From: an uncultured Phycisphaerae bacterium
Lineage (GTDB): Bacteria > Planctomycetota > Phycisphaerae > UBA1845 > Fen-1342
Length of the DNA: 64,000 nt
Direction: 5' to 3'
Assembly (NCBI GenBank): GCA_937928595.1
Contig: CALGJV010000017.1
Location: forward strand, 64,744-128,743
Below the pieces are notes generated by a model, which ran no database searches, was not told where the DNA came from, and worked only from the letters and a program-made list of their open reading frames with translations. This document shows positions 24,723 to 33,787 of the stretch, one piece after another; position 1 is the first letter of the stretch, and the number at the start of each line of letters is the position of its first letter. The position numbers were made by a program, and so were the translations under genes.

Positions 24723-27218
24723 TTGATGGCCTTCGGCAGCCGTCGCGTGGCTGCCCCGGTGGAGATGCATATGACGCACGGCGCCCGGCCGTTCCGCCTC
24801 GGGGGGTGTGTTGTCCTGCTGCTGATCGCGCCTGGGGGGGCTCTGGCGGGCCCGCCGTCCACCGACGGGTGGATCTCGGGGCCGGCCGCGCAGGCGTGGG
24901 TGAAGTGGTCGGCGGCCATGCAGGCCATCCTGGACCGCAACCCGGCTCAGGTCGAGACGGCGTTCGGTGAGCTGCTAGCGCTGGAGCCGTCGCCGCTGCG
25001 GATCGCGCTGCTGGCGGACCATACGGTCGAGCGCTCGGCGCTCGGCGGGGCGGTGCTGCTGTTCGAACAGGACAAGGAGGCCAAGTCGCTCGGGCCGAAC
25101 GGGGAACGGGTCGCGGAGTTGCTGGCGACGGGCCGCGAGCAGATGTACGAGGCGAAGGACACCTGGTACTTCGCGCAGATCGGCCGGTTCGATGTGGCGG
25201 AGGCGAATCTGCGGGCGCTGCTGAGCGCTGACCCGGATCCGGTGGCGCTGTTGGAACTGACCGACCAGGACCCGAAGCGGCGCGCGGTGCTCGTGCAGCT
25301 CTCGGACAATCCGACGCTGGGGGAGCTCGTGCGGGCGATGCTGGGGGTGCTGGACCGCGGCGATGTCCTCATCAAGTCCGACCCCACGCGGATCAAGGAG
25401 AACATCGAGCGACTGGGCGGCCCGCCGCGGGCTTACGAGAACGCCGTCGAGCGGCTGAAGGACTCCGGCGAATACGCCATCCCGTTCCTCATCCAGTACC
25501 TCCGGGACTCTGCGCGCAAGGACCTGCTCCGGCCGATCCTGCTTGCGCTGCCGCAGATTGACCGCCCGGCGCTCAACCCGCTGGTCATGGCCCTGCGCAT
25601 GAACGACCAGGCGACCAAGCGCTACGTGATCGACGCGCTCGGGAAGATCGGCTACGCCCAGGCGGTGCCGTACCTGCTGGCGCTCCAGGAGGACGCCCGA
25701 ACGCCGGCCGAGCTGCGCGACGACCTCGCGCAGGCGCTCCGGGCGATCGGGGCCCGCGGAGCGGACACCCGCGGCCCCGCGGCGGACGCGTTCTATCGTC
25801 TTGCGGAGGACTACTACGCCGACAAGACGCCGCTGGCGGCGGATCCGCGCCTCGAGACGGCGAACGTCTGGTACTGGCGCAATGATCTGCTTCAGAACAT
25901 CGAGGTGCCGACGGCCATCTTCAACGAGGTGATGGCGCTGCGCTGCGCCGAGGAGGCCCTCCGGCTCAACCCGGGCCACAAGGCGGCGCTGGGGTTGTGG
26001 CTCGCCGCCGCGTTTCGCCGGGAAGCGCAGTTGCCGCTCACGGACGTCGATCGGACGCGGCCGGAGAACTACCCGACCGCGGCCTACTTTGCGCAGGCGG
26101 CCGGAGCCGAGTACTGCCTGAAGGCGCTCGCGCGGGCGGTGGACGATCGCGACCCGGCGGTCGCGCTCGGGGCGATCGAGGCGCTGCGCAAGACCGCGGG
26201 GCCGGCCACGCTGGTGAGCGACGCCGACGGGCGGCTGCCGCTGGCCGAGGCGCTGGCCTTCCCGGATCCGATGGTGCGGATCAAGGCGGCCCTGACGCTC
26301 GCGCACGGGCGGCCGGAGAAGCCGTTCGTCGGGCACCAGAACCTAATGCCGCGCCTGTCGGAAGCGCTGCTGCTGCACGCCGGCGCGACGAACGCGTTGG
26401 TGGTCGATCCGGATGACGCCTCGGCGAACGCGACGGCGGCGGCACTGCGGGAGCTGAACTACACCGTTGTGGTGGGCTCGGCCCTGTTTCCCGCCCTCCA
26501 GAAAGTGCGAACCGAGCTGCCGGCCATCGACCTGATCTTCCTGGCCTCGAACCTGCGGGACCCGACGCTGACCGAGACGCTGGCCGCCCTCCGGAGCGAG
26601 TTCCGGTTCTCGGCCGTGCCGGTCGTCGTTGTCACCAAGCTCGCGGATCGGGAAGCGGTCCGCCAGCTCGCGCGCCAGGACGCCCGCATCGGCGTCCTGA
26701 TGGAGAATCCCACGCCCGTGCTGGTGAGCAAGGCGATCGCCGAGGTAACGCACTCACTCGGCGTGCAGAGCATTACGCCGGATGTCGGCGCCGCGCTCGC
26801 GCTCGAAGCCGCGGAGGCCCTGCGGCTTCTGGGCGTCACGAACAATCCGGTGTTCAACCTGGCCGAGGCCGAAAACGCGCTGCTCACCACGCTCGGGAAG
26901 GCCGGGCCCCCGTTGCGCCTGGCGGCGGCGGAGGTGCTGGGGTTCCTGGCATCCGGCCGGGCGCAGGAGGCGGTCGCCAAGATCGCGCTGGACCCGAACG
27001 AGGATGTCGATACCCGCGTGAAGATGTTCGCGGCTCTGGCCGAGGCGGCCAAGCGGCGCGGAAACCTGCTCAGCCCGCCGCTGGTGCAGCAGTTGGTGAC
27101 CGTGGCTGCCGGGGACCCGAACATGACGCTGCGCGAGGCCGCGTCGGCGGCGCTGGGCGCCCTGAGCGTCAGCGGCGAGCCGGCGAGCCAGATCATTCGC
27201 GATCAGTATCAGGGTTAG
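24723..27218 (+). CDS. Large HEAT/PBS-lyase-type repeat protein with N-terminal signal-like segment and an internal degenerate receiver-like domain
   Basis: Hydrophobic N-terminus RPFRLGGCVVLLLIAPGGALAG. HEAT-like repeats include AIPFLIQYLRD..., ALNPLVMALRMNDQATKRYVIDALGKIG, DPAVALGAIEALRK and PDPMVRIKAALTLAH. The start could also be 24765 or 24771. Confidence 0.7.
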   Translation: MMAFGSRRVAAPVEMHMTHGARPFRLGGCVVLLLIAPGGALAGPPSTDGWISGPAAQAWVKWSAAMQAILDRNPAQVETAFGELLALEPSPLRIALLADHTVERSALGGAVLLFEQDKEAKSLGPNGERVAELLATGREQMYEAKDTWYFAQIGRFDVAEANLRALLSADPDPVALLELTDQDPKRRAVLVQLSDNPTLGELVRAMLGVLDRGDVLIKSDPTRIKENIERLGGPPRAYENAVERLKDSGEYAIPFLIQYLRDSARKDLLRPILLALPQIDRPALNPLVMALRMNDQATKRYVIDALGKIGYAQAVPYLLALQEDARTPAELRDDLAQALRAIGARGADTRGPAADAFYRLAEDYYADKTPLAADPRLETANVWYWRNDLLQNIEVPTAIFNEVMALRCAEEALRLNPGHKAALGLWLAAAFRREAQLPLTDVDRTRPENYPTAAYFAQAAGAEYCLKALARAVDDRDPAVALGAIEALRKTAGPATLVSDADGRLPLAEALAFPDPMVRIKAALTLAHGRPEKPFVGHQNLMPRLSEALLLHAGATNALVVDPDDASANATAAALRELNYTVVVGSALFPALQKVRTELPAIDLIFLASNLRDPTLTETLAALRSEFRFSAVPVVVVTKLADREAVRQLARQDARIGVLMENPTPVLVSKAIAEVTHSLGVQSITPDVGAALALEAAEALRLLGVTNNPVFNLAEAENALLTTLGKAGPPLRLAAAEVLGFLASGRAQEAVAKIALDPNEDVDTRVKMFAALAEAAKRRGNLLSPPLVQQLVTVAAGDPNMTLREAASAALGALSVSGEPASQIIRDQYQG

Positions 27219-27228
27219 GAGGCCGGGG

Positions 27229-27915
27229 ATGCTGAACATCGCCTTGCCGCTGCTTTTGCTTCTCGGCCCGCCGGGTAAGGCGGACGCCGCTCGCGACCTG
27301 CGGCCCTCGCCGCGGCCGGTGGCGTGGGAGCTCGAGTTCCGGTTCCTTGACCCGAAGCGGATCGAAGTTCAGATCCCGGGCACGAACCGCACCGAGACCT
27401 ACTGGTATGTGCTGTACACGGTGTCCAACAACACGGGCGCGAGCCTGCGGTTCTTCCCGATCTTCCAGATCGTGACGGAGGATCTTCATGTCTTCGACAC
27501 GGACATGGGGATCAGCCCGCTCGTGTTCGACGCCATCCGGGAACGGCATAACATCACGCACAAGTATCTGGTTGACCCGACCCGGGCCGTGGACTCGCTT
27601 TTGACGGGGGAGGACAACGCGCGCGAATCCGTGGCCATCTGGCGCGATATTGACCTAACTCAAAACAGTTTCAAGCTTTATGTTTCCGGCCTGAGCGGCG
27701 AGATTCGGACCATCCCCAACCCGTCCTATCGCCCGGACCAGCCCGAAACCGTGATGGTCCGGGGGCCCGACGGCCGGGAGCGGGAACAGATCGTCAACCC
27801 GAGGGTTTTCACGCTTCGCAAGACGCTCGAGGTGCGTTACAATCTCCCCGGTTCGCCACGCGCGCGCCCGGTGACGGAACCGGAGCGAAGCGAGGTCCGG
27901 TGGATCTTGCGGTAG
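27229..27915 (+). CDS. Secreted hypothetical protein (228 aa), no recognised domain
   Basis: An AGGAGG Shine-Dalgarno overlaps the upstream TAG stop 7 nt before the ATG. Signal peptide [20 protein letters not shown]. The body has realistic composition. Confidence 0.65.
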   Translation: MLNIALPLLLLLGPPGKADAARDLRPSPRPVAWELEFRFLDPKRIEVQIPGTNRTETYWYVLYTVSNNTGASLRFFPIFQIVTEDLHVFDTDMGISPLVFDAIRERHNITHKYLVDPTRAVDSLLTGEDNARESVAIWRDIDLTQNSFKLYVSGLSGEIRTIPNPSYRPDQPETVMVRGPDGREREQIVNPRVFTLRKTLEVRYNLPGSPRARPVTEPERSEVRWILR

Positions 27916-27995
27916 CGCGCCGCCGCTCGGCTACGCGGAAGCAGGCCGAGGCGGTGTTCGTCGTTTCGCGGAATCCGAGTGCGGACGGGACGGAT

Positions 27996-28247
27996 ATGGC
28001 TCATAAGAAAGGTCAAGGCTCGACGCGCAACGGCCGCGACAGCAACCCGCAGTATCGCGGCGTGAAGCTGTTCGGCGGCCAGGCCGTAAAGTGCGGCGGG
28101 ATCATCGTGCGACAGTGCGGCACACCGTTCAAGCCGGGGCCGAACGTCGGCCGCGGCCGGGACGACACCTTGTTCGCGTTGACGGACGGCGTGGTGCAGT
28201 TTCGCGGCCGGCTCGTCTCGGTGCAACCGACGGCCGAAACGAACTGA
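27996..28247 (+). CDS. rpmA: 50S ribosomal protein L27
   Basis: [37 protein letters not shown]...PG.NVG.G.D.TLFAL.DG.V.F is canonical L27. Confidence 0.95.
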   Translation: MAHKKGQGSTRNGRDSNPQYRGVKLFGGQAVKCGGIIVRQCGTPFKPGPNVGRGRDDTLFALTDGVVQFRGRLVSVQPTAETN

Positions 28248-28367
28248 TCGGCTCGCGAGCGAGGGGCGGTTGAGCCCGTCGGTCAGGCCCGAGTCGCCGA
28301 GCGCCACGAAGCCAGCGCGACCCGGGCTTTTCGTTTGCGCGGTGCGCCCGGCGCGGGGGGTTCATAT

Positions 28368-29615
28368 TCAGTGGCGGCCGCCCGGCTTTCGGTGACGGGC
28401 GACGAAGAGCTTGAAGGCGCGACGATCGACAGTCGCACAGGGGAGCGCATCGAGCTCGGCCGCGGGCACCCAGACACAACGCAGCGGGTTCCCGTCGGAT
28501 CGCGCGCGCACCGGGCCACGGACTTCAGCCGCATAGACGTGCAGTCGGAGCCGCCGATGGGAGAAATCGTGCCGCACCGTCCCGAGCGCCGCGCTGGTCA
28601 TGATGTTCAGGCCGAAATGGGCGTGCAGGTGCGACCGGAGCAGTTGCGGGCCGTCGTGCGGGGCTGCCGAGGTCTCGGCACGTGGGTTGAGGGCCCCGGG
28701 GCCGACGTGGGTCCCCGGCAGCGTCCACAGGCTGCCCAGCAGGCCGTGCGCCGGGCGTTGGCAAAGCAGCACGGTCCCGCGGCGGGTGATCGCGGCGGCC
28801 ACGGCGTGGACCTCCGGCACCGTCGCTCGGGCGCGGCGCCGGGGTAGATCCGCCTGAACGCCGGCCGCGCGGGCGCGGCACAGGGGCGCGAGCGGACACG
28901 CGTCGCAGGCGGGCCGGCGGGGAGTGCACACCCGGGCGCCCAGCTCCATCATCGCCTGGTTGAAATCGCCCGGCGCTTGCGGCGGTACGAGCCTGGCGGC
29001 CACGGTCCAGAGACGAGCGACGGTCGCGGGCGCGTCGATCGGTTCGTGGATGCCTAACAGGCGCGCCAGCACCCGCTTGACGTTTCCATCGACGACCGCC
29101 GCCCGCTCGCCGAACGCGATGCTCGCGATGGCGCCGGCGGTGTAGCGCCCGACGCCGGGCAGTGCCGCCCAGTCGGCCGCGGTGGTGGGCAATCGGCCGC
29201 CATGCGCCGACATGATCGTTTGCGCCGCGCGGTGCAGGTTGCGGGCGCGCGCGTAGTAGCCGCAGCCGGCCCAGAGCCCCAGGACGCGCTCCAGCGGTGC
29301 GGCCGCGAGATCGGCGAGGGTAGGCAGGGCTGCAAGGAATCGCTCGTAGTAGGGGATGGCCGTCTCGACGCGGGTCTGCTGGGCGAGGATTTCCGCGAGC
29401 CAGATGCGGTACGGGTCGCGCGTGCGGCGCCAGGGCAGATCGCGGGCGTGGCGGCGGTACCAGGCGAGCAGGGCGCGGCGCAGCGCGGCGATCTGCGGCC
29501 CATCCAGGTGCGTGGGCGAGCACGCACGGCGGCGCGGCACGCGGCTCAGCCCTCCCCGCGGGCGAGCCGCGTGAACAGCAGGCCGCGCTCGCGGTAGTCG
29601 GTGAACTCGCCCCAC
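28368..29615 (-). CDS. mutY: A/G-specific adenine DNA glycosylase
   Basis: DLPWRRTRDPYRIWLAEILAQQTRV, the HhH-GPD block LPGVGRYTAGAI, the 4Fe-4S loop CTPRRPACDACPLAPLC, and a C-terminal NUDIX-like domain. The only in-frame ATG (29615) overlaps the murD 3' end by 70 nt, so the true start may be a downstream non-ATG codon. Confidence 0.85.
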   Translation of the reverse strand: MGRVHRLPRARPAVHAARPRGGLSRVPRRRACSPTHLDGPQIAALRRALLAWYRRHARDLPWRRTRDPYRIWLAEILAQQTRVETAIPYYERFLAALPTLADLAAAPLERVLGLWAGCGYYARARNLHRAAQTIMSAHGGRLPTTAADWAALPGVGRYTAGAIASIAFGERAAVVDGNVKRVLARLLGIHEPIDAPATVARLWTVAARLVPPQAPGDFNQAMMELGARVCTPRRPACDACPLAPLCRARAAGVQADLPRRRARATVPEVHAVAAAITRRGTVLLCQRPAHGLLGSLWTLPGTHVGPGALNPRAETSAAPHDGPQLLRSHLHAHFGLNIMTSAALGTVRHDFSHRRLRLHVYAAEVRGPVRARSDGNPLRCVWVPAAELDALPCATVDRRAFKLFVARHRKPGGRH

Positions 29616-30955
29616 GAAGCGCAGGCGGGCGAGAGCAGCACGGTGTCACCGGGCACGGCCCGCGCCTGGAGCGCCGCCATCGCGGCGGGCAGGTTCGGGA
29701 AGACGGCTGCCGCGCCGCCCGCCCGGGTCACCGCGTCGGCGAGCCCCGGTCCGGTCTGGCCGATGCAGGCTGCGAACTTCGCCCGCCGGGCGGCGGTCTC
29801 GGCGACGGGTCGCAGGTCGCTGCCCTTGTCGTACCCTCCCAGGATGAGCAGCAGGGGCGTGTCGAAGGAGTGCAGCGCGGTGAGGGCCGACTCCGGCGTG
29901 GTCGATTTCGAGTCGTCGTAATACGTCACGCCGTTGCGCTGCGCGACGCGCTGGAGGCGGTGCGGCAGCGCCTGGAACGTGCCGAGCAACGCCGCGGCCT
30001 CGCCGTCGGGCACGCCCAGCGCGTGGGCGACGGCGAGCGCCGCGGCCGCGTTCTCGCGGTTGTGCCGGCCGGGTACGTCCAGCCGCAGACCGGGCCAGCA
30101 CAGGCGGCGGTCGTCGCAGTCGACCGCGGGCGTCGACTGCTGAACTGCGACCGGAACGTCGCCGTCCAGCCCGTACCGCCACACGCCGGAAACGTCGCCG
30201 TGCAACTGGTCGAACAGCCGCCGCAGATCAGGCGTGTCGCCCGCGACGATCACGTCGCGCGCGGGGTCCTGAAAGCGGAGGATGTTGAGCTTGTCGGCGG
30301 CGTAGGCGGCGAACGTCCCGTGCCAGTCGAGGTGGTTCGGCGTGATGTTGGTGATGACGGCGACGTGCGGGCTCCATCGCACGAGCGCCGTGCGGTGCAA
30401 CTGAAAGCTGGACAGCTCGAGCACGACCACGTCGGCCGAGTCGATCTGCGGCAGGACGTCGAGCAACGAGCGGCCGATGTTGCCGCCGACCCAGACGCAG
30501 CGGATGCGCGGGGCGGCACAGCCGCGCTGCGCGGCCTGCGTCAGGATGTGGCCGGTCATGGCCGTGATGGTGCTCTTGCCGACGCTGCCGGTGATGCCCA
30601 CGCAGCGGGCCGGACAGCGTTCCACGAACAGGTTGATCTCGGTTGTGATCGGCACGCCCGCCGCCCGCGCGGCCGCGAGGTACGGCGACGAGTCGGGTAC
30701 GGCCGGGTTTACGACGAGCAGATCGGTTTCGCGGAAGTCGCGCTCGTCGTGCCCGCCCAGCCGGAGGGTGACGCCCAGGTCGGCGATCTCGGCCACGGAC
30801 CGGGCCAGCTTCTCGGCCGGCGCCCGGTCGGTGACCGTCACGGTCGCGCCGGCCGCGGCCAGCCAGCGGGTCACGCCCACGCCGCCGCCGAAGCCGCCCA
30901 ACCCCATGACCGTGACGCGTCGGTTCCGCCAGTTCGAAATCACCGGGGGCCGCAC
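29546..30955 (-). CDS. murD: UDP-N-acetylmuramoyl-L-alanine--D-glutamate ligase
   Basis: VMGLGGFGGG Rossmann motif, GITGSVGKST P-loop and a Mur ligase C-terminal domain. Start uncertain: I chose GTG 30955. The upstream ATGs (31072, 31087) would overlap the divergent GNAT gene. Confidence 0.85.
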   Translation of the reverse strand: MRPPVISNWRNRRVTVMGLGGFGGGVGVTRWLAAAGATVTVTDRAPAEKLARSVAEIADLGVTLRLGGHDERDFRETDLLVVNPAVPDSSPYLAAARAAGVPITTEINLFVERCPARCVGITGSVGKSTITAMTGHILTQAAQRGCAAPRIRCVWVGGNIGRSLLDVLPQIDSADVVVLELSSFQLHRTALVRWSPHVAVITNITPNHLDWHGTFAAYAADKLNILRFQDPARDVIVAGDTPDLRRLFDQLHGDVSGVWRYGLDGDVPVAVQQSTPAVDCDDRRLCWPGLRLDVPGRHNRENAAAALAVAHALGVPDGEAAALLGTFQALPHRLQRVAQRNGVTYYDDSKSTTPESALTALHSFDTPLLLILGGYDKGSDLRPVAETAARRAKFAACIGQTGPGLADAVTRAGGAAAVFPNLPAAMAALQARAVPGDTVLLSPACASWGEFTDYRERGLLFTRLARGEG

Positions 30956-31025
30956 GTATACTGCTCCATCCTCGGCCGCACCCGGCGGAGAAACCGGCGG
31001 CGGCCAACCTCGAGAGAAGCGACCG

Positions 31026-31499
31026 ATGCCTGAGCTGCGGATCCGGCCGGCGACACCGGCCGATGCCGACATAATCGCCGCGTTCAACGTCGCGCTGGCC
31101 GCCGAGAGCGAAGGCCGCGCCCTGGATCCGACCGTGGTCGGGCGGGGCGTGCGGCGGCTGCTGGCCGAACCGACGTACGGAGTGTACTACGTCGCGGAGC
31201 GGGCGGGGAGGGTGGTCGGACAGCTCCTCATCACGTGCGAGTTCAGCGACTGGCGCAACGGCATCTTCTGGTGGATCCAGAGCGTGTTCGTGGCGCCGGA
31301 GGCCCGGCAAAGCGGGGTGTACCGGGCGCTGCATGAGCATGTGGCCGCCGAGGCCCGCCGGCGGGGCGACGTGTGCGGCCTCCGGTTGTACGTAGACCGC
31401 TCCAACACGCGGGCACAGGCCACATACCGGCGGCTGGGCCTCACCCCGACCGAGTACGACGTGTACGAGACTGACTGGAGCGCGACGCCGGCGCGGTGA
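31026..31499 (+). CDS. GNAT family N-acetyltransferase
   Basis: IRPATPADADII..., and VFVAPEARQSGVYRAL (acetyl-CoA-binding Q/RxxGxG/A-like block). 157 aa. Confidence 0.75.
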   Translation: MPELRIRPATPADADIIAAFNVALAAESEGRALDPTVVGRGVRRLLAEPTYGVYYVAERAGRVVGQLLITCEFSDWRNGIFWWIQSVFVAPEARQSGVYRALHEHVAAEARRRGDVCGLRLYVDRSNTRAQATYRRLGLTPTEYDVYETDWSATPAR

Positions 31500-31576
31500 C
31501 CTGCGCGGCGCCCTCGAGAGTCTGACTCCCTCGGCGCTCCCGGCGCCCGGGCGGTGTCCGTCCGAATCGGCCGTCG

Positions 31577-33151
31577 TCAACCGCCGCCAAGGACCGCCAC
31601 GAACCCGTCGATATCGTCGAAGTCGATGCGCCCGTTGCCGTCCATGTCACAGAACTTCCGCCCCCCGCAGCCGGGGAACTCGGATTCGTAGCCGCCGGCC
31701 AGAAGCAGGACGAACGGGTCGATGTCGTCGAAGTCGGCACGGCCGTCGCAGTTCGCGTCGCCCCGAACGAGGTGTCGGTTCCGATAAACGTGGCAGCCAA
31801 CCCGGTCCCAGTTCGTCACCGCCATGTCCACGCGGCTCGACACGCGGTACGTGATCCGCACCTCCGCCGCAGCCGTCACGCCGATCGACACCCAGCCCAG
31901 TTCGCGGGAACCGGTATGCCGGGCCGGCGTGAGGGGCACACCGTCAACCTCGACCCGCACGAGTTCCTCGATGGGCTGGTGGGGCAGGTAGAAAAGCCGC
32001 CGTTGCCCCGGCGCGGCGTACACTTGCGTCAGCGTCCGCAGACCGTCGCGGTCGATGTCGCCGAAGAGGATCCGCTCGACGACCGTGCTGACCCCGCAGG
32101 TCCAGGAGGGCGATTGCGGCAGGCCCATGCCGGTGTTGCGGTACAGCCGCACACGGTTCCACCACGCCCCCGTCGCCAGATCGAGATCGCCGTCGGCGTC
32201 CACGTCGGCCAGTGCCACGGCCGAGCAGTACGCGTTGTCGACCGCCCAGTTCGCGGTTGTCGCGAAGGTGCCCGGTGTGACGCCGCTGTACTGGCGAAAG
32301 CGGCCGCTGCCAGGTAGTTGCTTGTTGTCCGCAATCAGCAGGTCGGGGCGGCCGTCGCCCGTCACATCACCGGCCGTCACCATGATCGCATCCTGCGTCG
32401 CCACGTCTGTGAGCTGCCAGCAGCTCGTGGCGTCCAGCAGGCCCGCGTTGTTGCAGTAGACCCGGCTGCGGGCGCTGGCCGCGGCGCCGGCGAGATCCAG
32501 CCAGCCGTCGCCGTCGGCATCGACCCAGCACACGCCCTGGAGATGCTGGGTGTCGGCCGAGGTCCAGGCCGGCGTCGCCGACAGCGCGCCGCCCTCGTTG
32601 AGATAAACGACGTTGACATACGGATGCTCGGGCGAGTAGGCCCAGCCGGTGCCCACCGCGAGGTCCGGTCGGCCGTCGTTGTTCATGTCGCCGAAGGCGA
32701 TGCCGAACGCGTTGCCGACAAGGTCGGCGGTCCAGCCGGGCGTACCCTGCAACGTGCCCTGCTGGTTGAAGTACACGCGGGCGACGGGGCCGAACGTATC
32801 GAACTCGCCGAGGGTAGCCACCGCCACGTCGAGCCAGCCGTCAGCGTCCACGTCGGCGATGTCGAGGTGGCCGTTGAAGACCAGGTCGGTAGATTCCCAG
32901 TTGGGCGCAGGGGGGTAGGTGCCGTCGCCGTTGTTGTAGTACACGACCAGCGGCTGGGGCTCCATGTCGTTGCCGGCGGAGACGATGAGGTCCAGCCAGC
33001 CGTCGCGGTTCAGATCCGCGAGCGCGCCGCCCGTGCCGACGAGGTCGTCCTGCGAAACCCAGTCCGGCGTCGTGGGGTACACCGCCTGACCATGCGCGGC
33101 AACGGAGAGGACCAGGAACAGCACCAGCGGCGGCAGACCGGCGCGCGACAT
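31577..33151 (-). CDS. Secreted FG-GAP/VCBS repeat protein with two C-terminal dockerin/EF-hand-like repeats
   Basis: Signal peptide MSRAGLPPLVLFLVLSVAAHGQA. Repeated DxNxDGxxD motifs (DLNRDGWLDL, DVDADGWLDV, DMNNDGRPDL, DADGDGWLDL, DVTGDGRPDL, DVDADGDLDL). C-terminal DANCDGRADFDDIDPFV and DMDGNGRIDFDDIDGFV. Confidence 0.8.
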   Translation of the reverse strand: MSRAGLPPLVLFLVLSVAAHGQAVYPTTPDWVSQDDLVGTGGALADLNRDGWLDLIVSAGNDMEPQPLVVYYNNGDGTYPPAPNWESTDLVFNGHLDIADVDADGWLDVAVATLGEFDTFGPVARVYFNQQGTLQGTPGWTADLVGNAFGIAFGDMNNDGRPDLAVGTGWAYSPEHPYVNVVYLNEGGALSATPAWTSADTQHLQGVCWVDADGDGWLDLAGAAASARSRVYCNNAGLLDATSCWQLTDVATQDAIMVTAGDVTGDGRPDLLIADNKQLPGSGRFRQYSGVTPGTFATTANWAVDNAYCSAVALADVDADGDLDLATGAWWNRVRLYRNTGMGLPQSPSWTCGVSTVVERILFGDIDRDGLRTLTQVYAAPGQRRLFYLPHQPIEELVRVEVDGVPLTPARHTGSRELGWVSIGVTAAAEVRITYRVSSRVDMAVTNWDRVGCHVYRNRHLVRGDANCDGRADFDDIDPFVLLLAGGYESEFPGCGGRKFCDMDGNGRIDFDDIDGFVAVLGGG

Positions 33152-33219
33152 GACGTAGCCTCCGGGGGCCAGTACAGGCGAACGGCAGCTTCAGTGTAAC
33201 GAATAGCGCCGACGAGCCC

Positions 33220-33253
33220 AAAGAAAACCGGAAGCGCCAAAGCGGCGTTTTCC
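33220..33253 (-). terminator. Candidate intrinsic terminator downstream of the ferritin-like gene
   Basis: On the minus strand, GGAAAACGCC-GCTTT-GGCGCTTCC forms an imperfect stem (one bulged C) followed by GGTTTTCTTT. It lies about 110 nt after the stop at 33362. Confidence 0.35.
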
Positions 33254-33361
33254 TGACCGAGCTTCGGGGTCCAGGAGATCAACGGGACGAAAACACGCAA
33301 GCGATTCGGCCGGCTGCCGTTGCGGGCCCCTGGGGCGCCGTATCCCGAACGAGCGCGGCTC

Positions 33362-33787
33362 TTACTCGACGAGGAGCTGCTTCAACTCCAGCACGTGCTC
33401 CGACTCGACGACGATCTGCGCGCGGATGAACTCCTCCAGCGGGATGTCGCCCTCGACGCGGCGGAGCGTGTCCTGGTAAGCCTCGAGCGCTGCTTCCTCG
33501 AACGTCAGCGCCGTCTGAAGGGCTTCCTTGGCGTCCATGCTCTCCGGCGGCAGCGAGATGTCGAGTGTCAGTTCCGGAACCGCCCCCAGCGCCCGGATCT
33601 TGCGGGCGATCACCTCGGCGTGCTGGATCGTCTCCTGGAAGCCCTGCTTGAGCACCGGGCCCACGACGAGGTGGTCGGTGCCCCGCACGGAGTTTGCCAG
33701 GTGCAGGTAACGCAGCGCCGCTTCCACTTCCTCGGCGAACAGCCGGTTGAGCTCCTGGACCACTTCCGCTTTCGACAAAGCGCTCAC
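33362..33787 (-). CDS. Ferritin-like (four-helix-bundle) domain protein
   Basis: LNRLFAEEVEAALRYLH...QHAEVIARKIRALG...ALTFEEAALEAY...ESEHVLELK shows ferritin/rubrerythrin-like E..H spacing. A GTG start at 33787 overlaps the upstream stop (GTGA). Confidence 0.6.
   Translation of the reverse strand: MSALSKAEVVQELNRLFAEEVEAALRYLHLANSVRGTDHLVVGPVLKQGFQETIQHAEVIARKIRALGAVPELTLDISLPPESMDAKEALQTALTFEEAALEAYQDTLRRVEGDIPLEEFIRAQIVVESEHVLELKQLLVE

Noticed and set aside
29546-29615. 70-nt overlap between the mutY 5' end and the murD 3' end as a genuine overlapping-gene arrangement
   Set aside because: This is more likely a start-codon artefact. The conserved MutY core begins about 40 residues downstream of the ATG at 29615, and a non-ATG start downstream of the murD stop is plausible. 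It cannot be resolved without alignment or experimental data.
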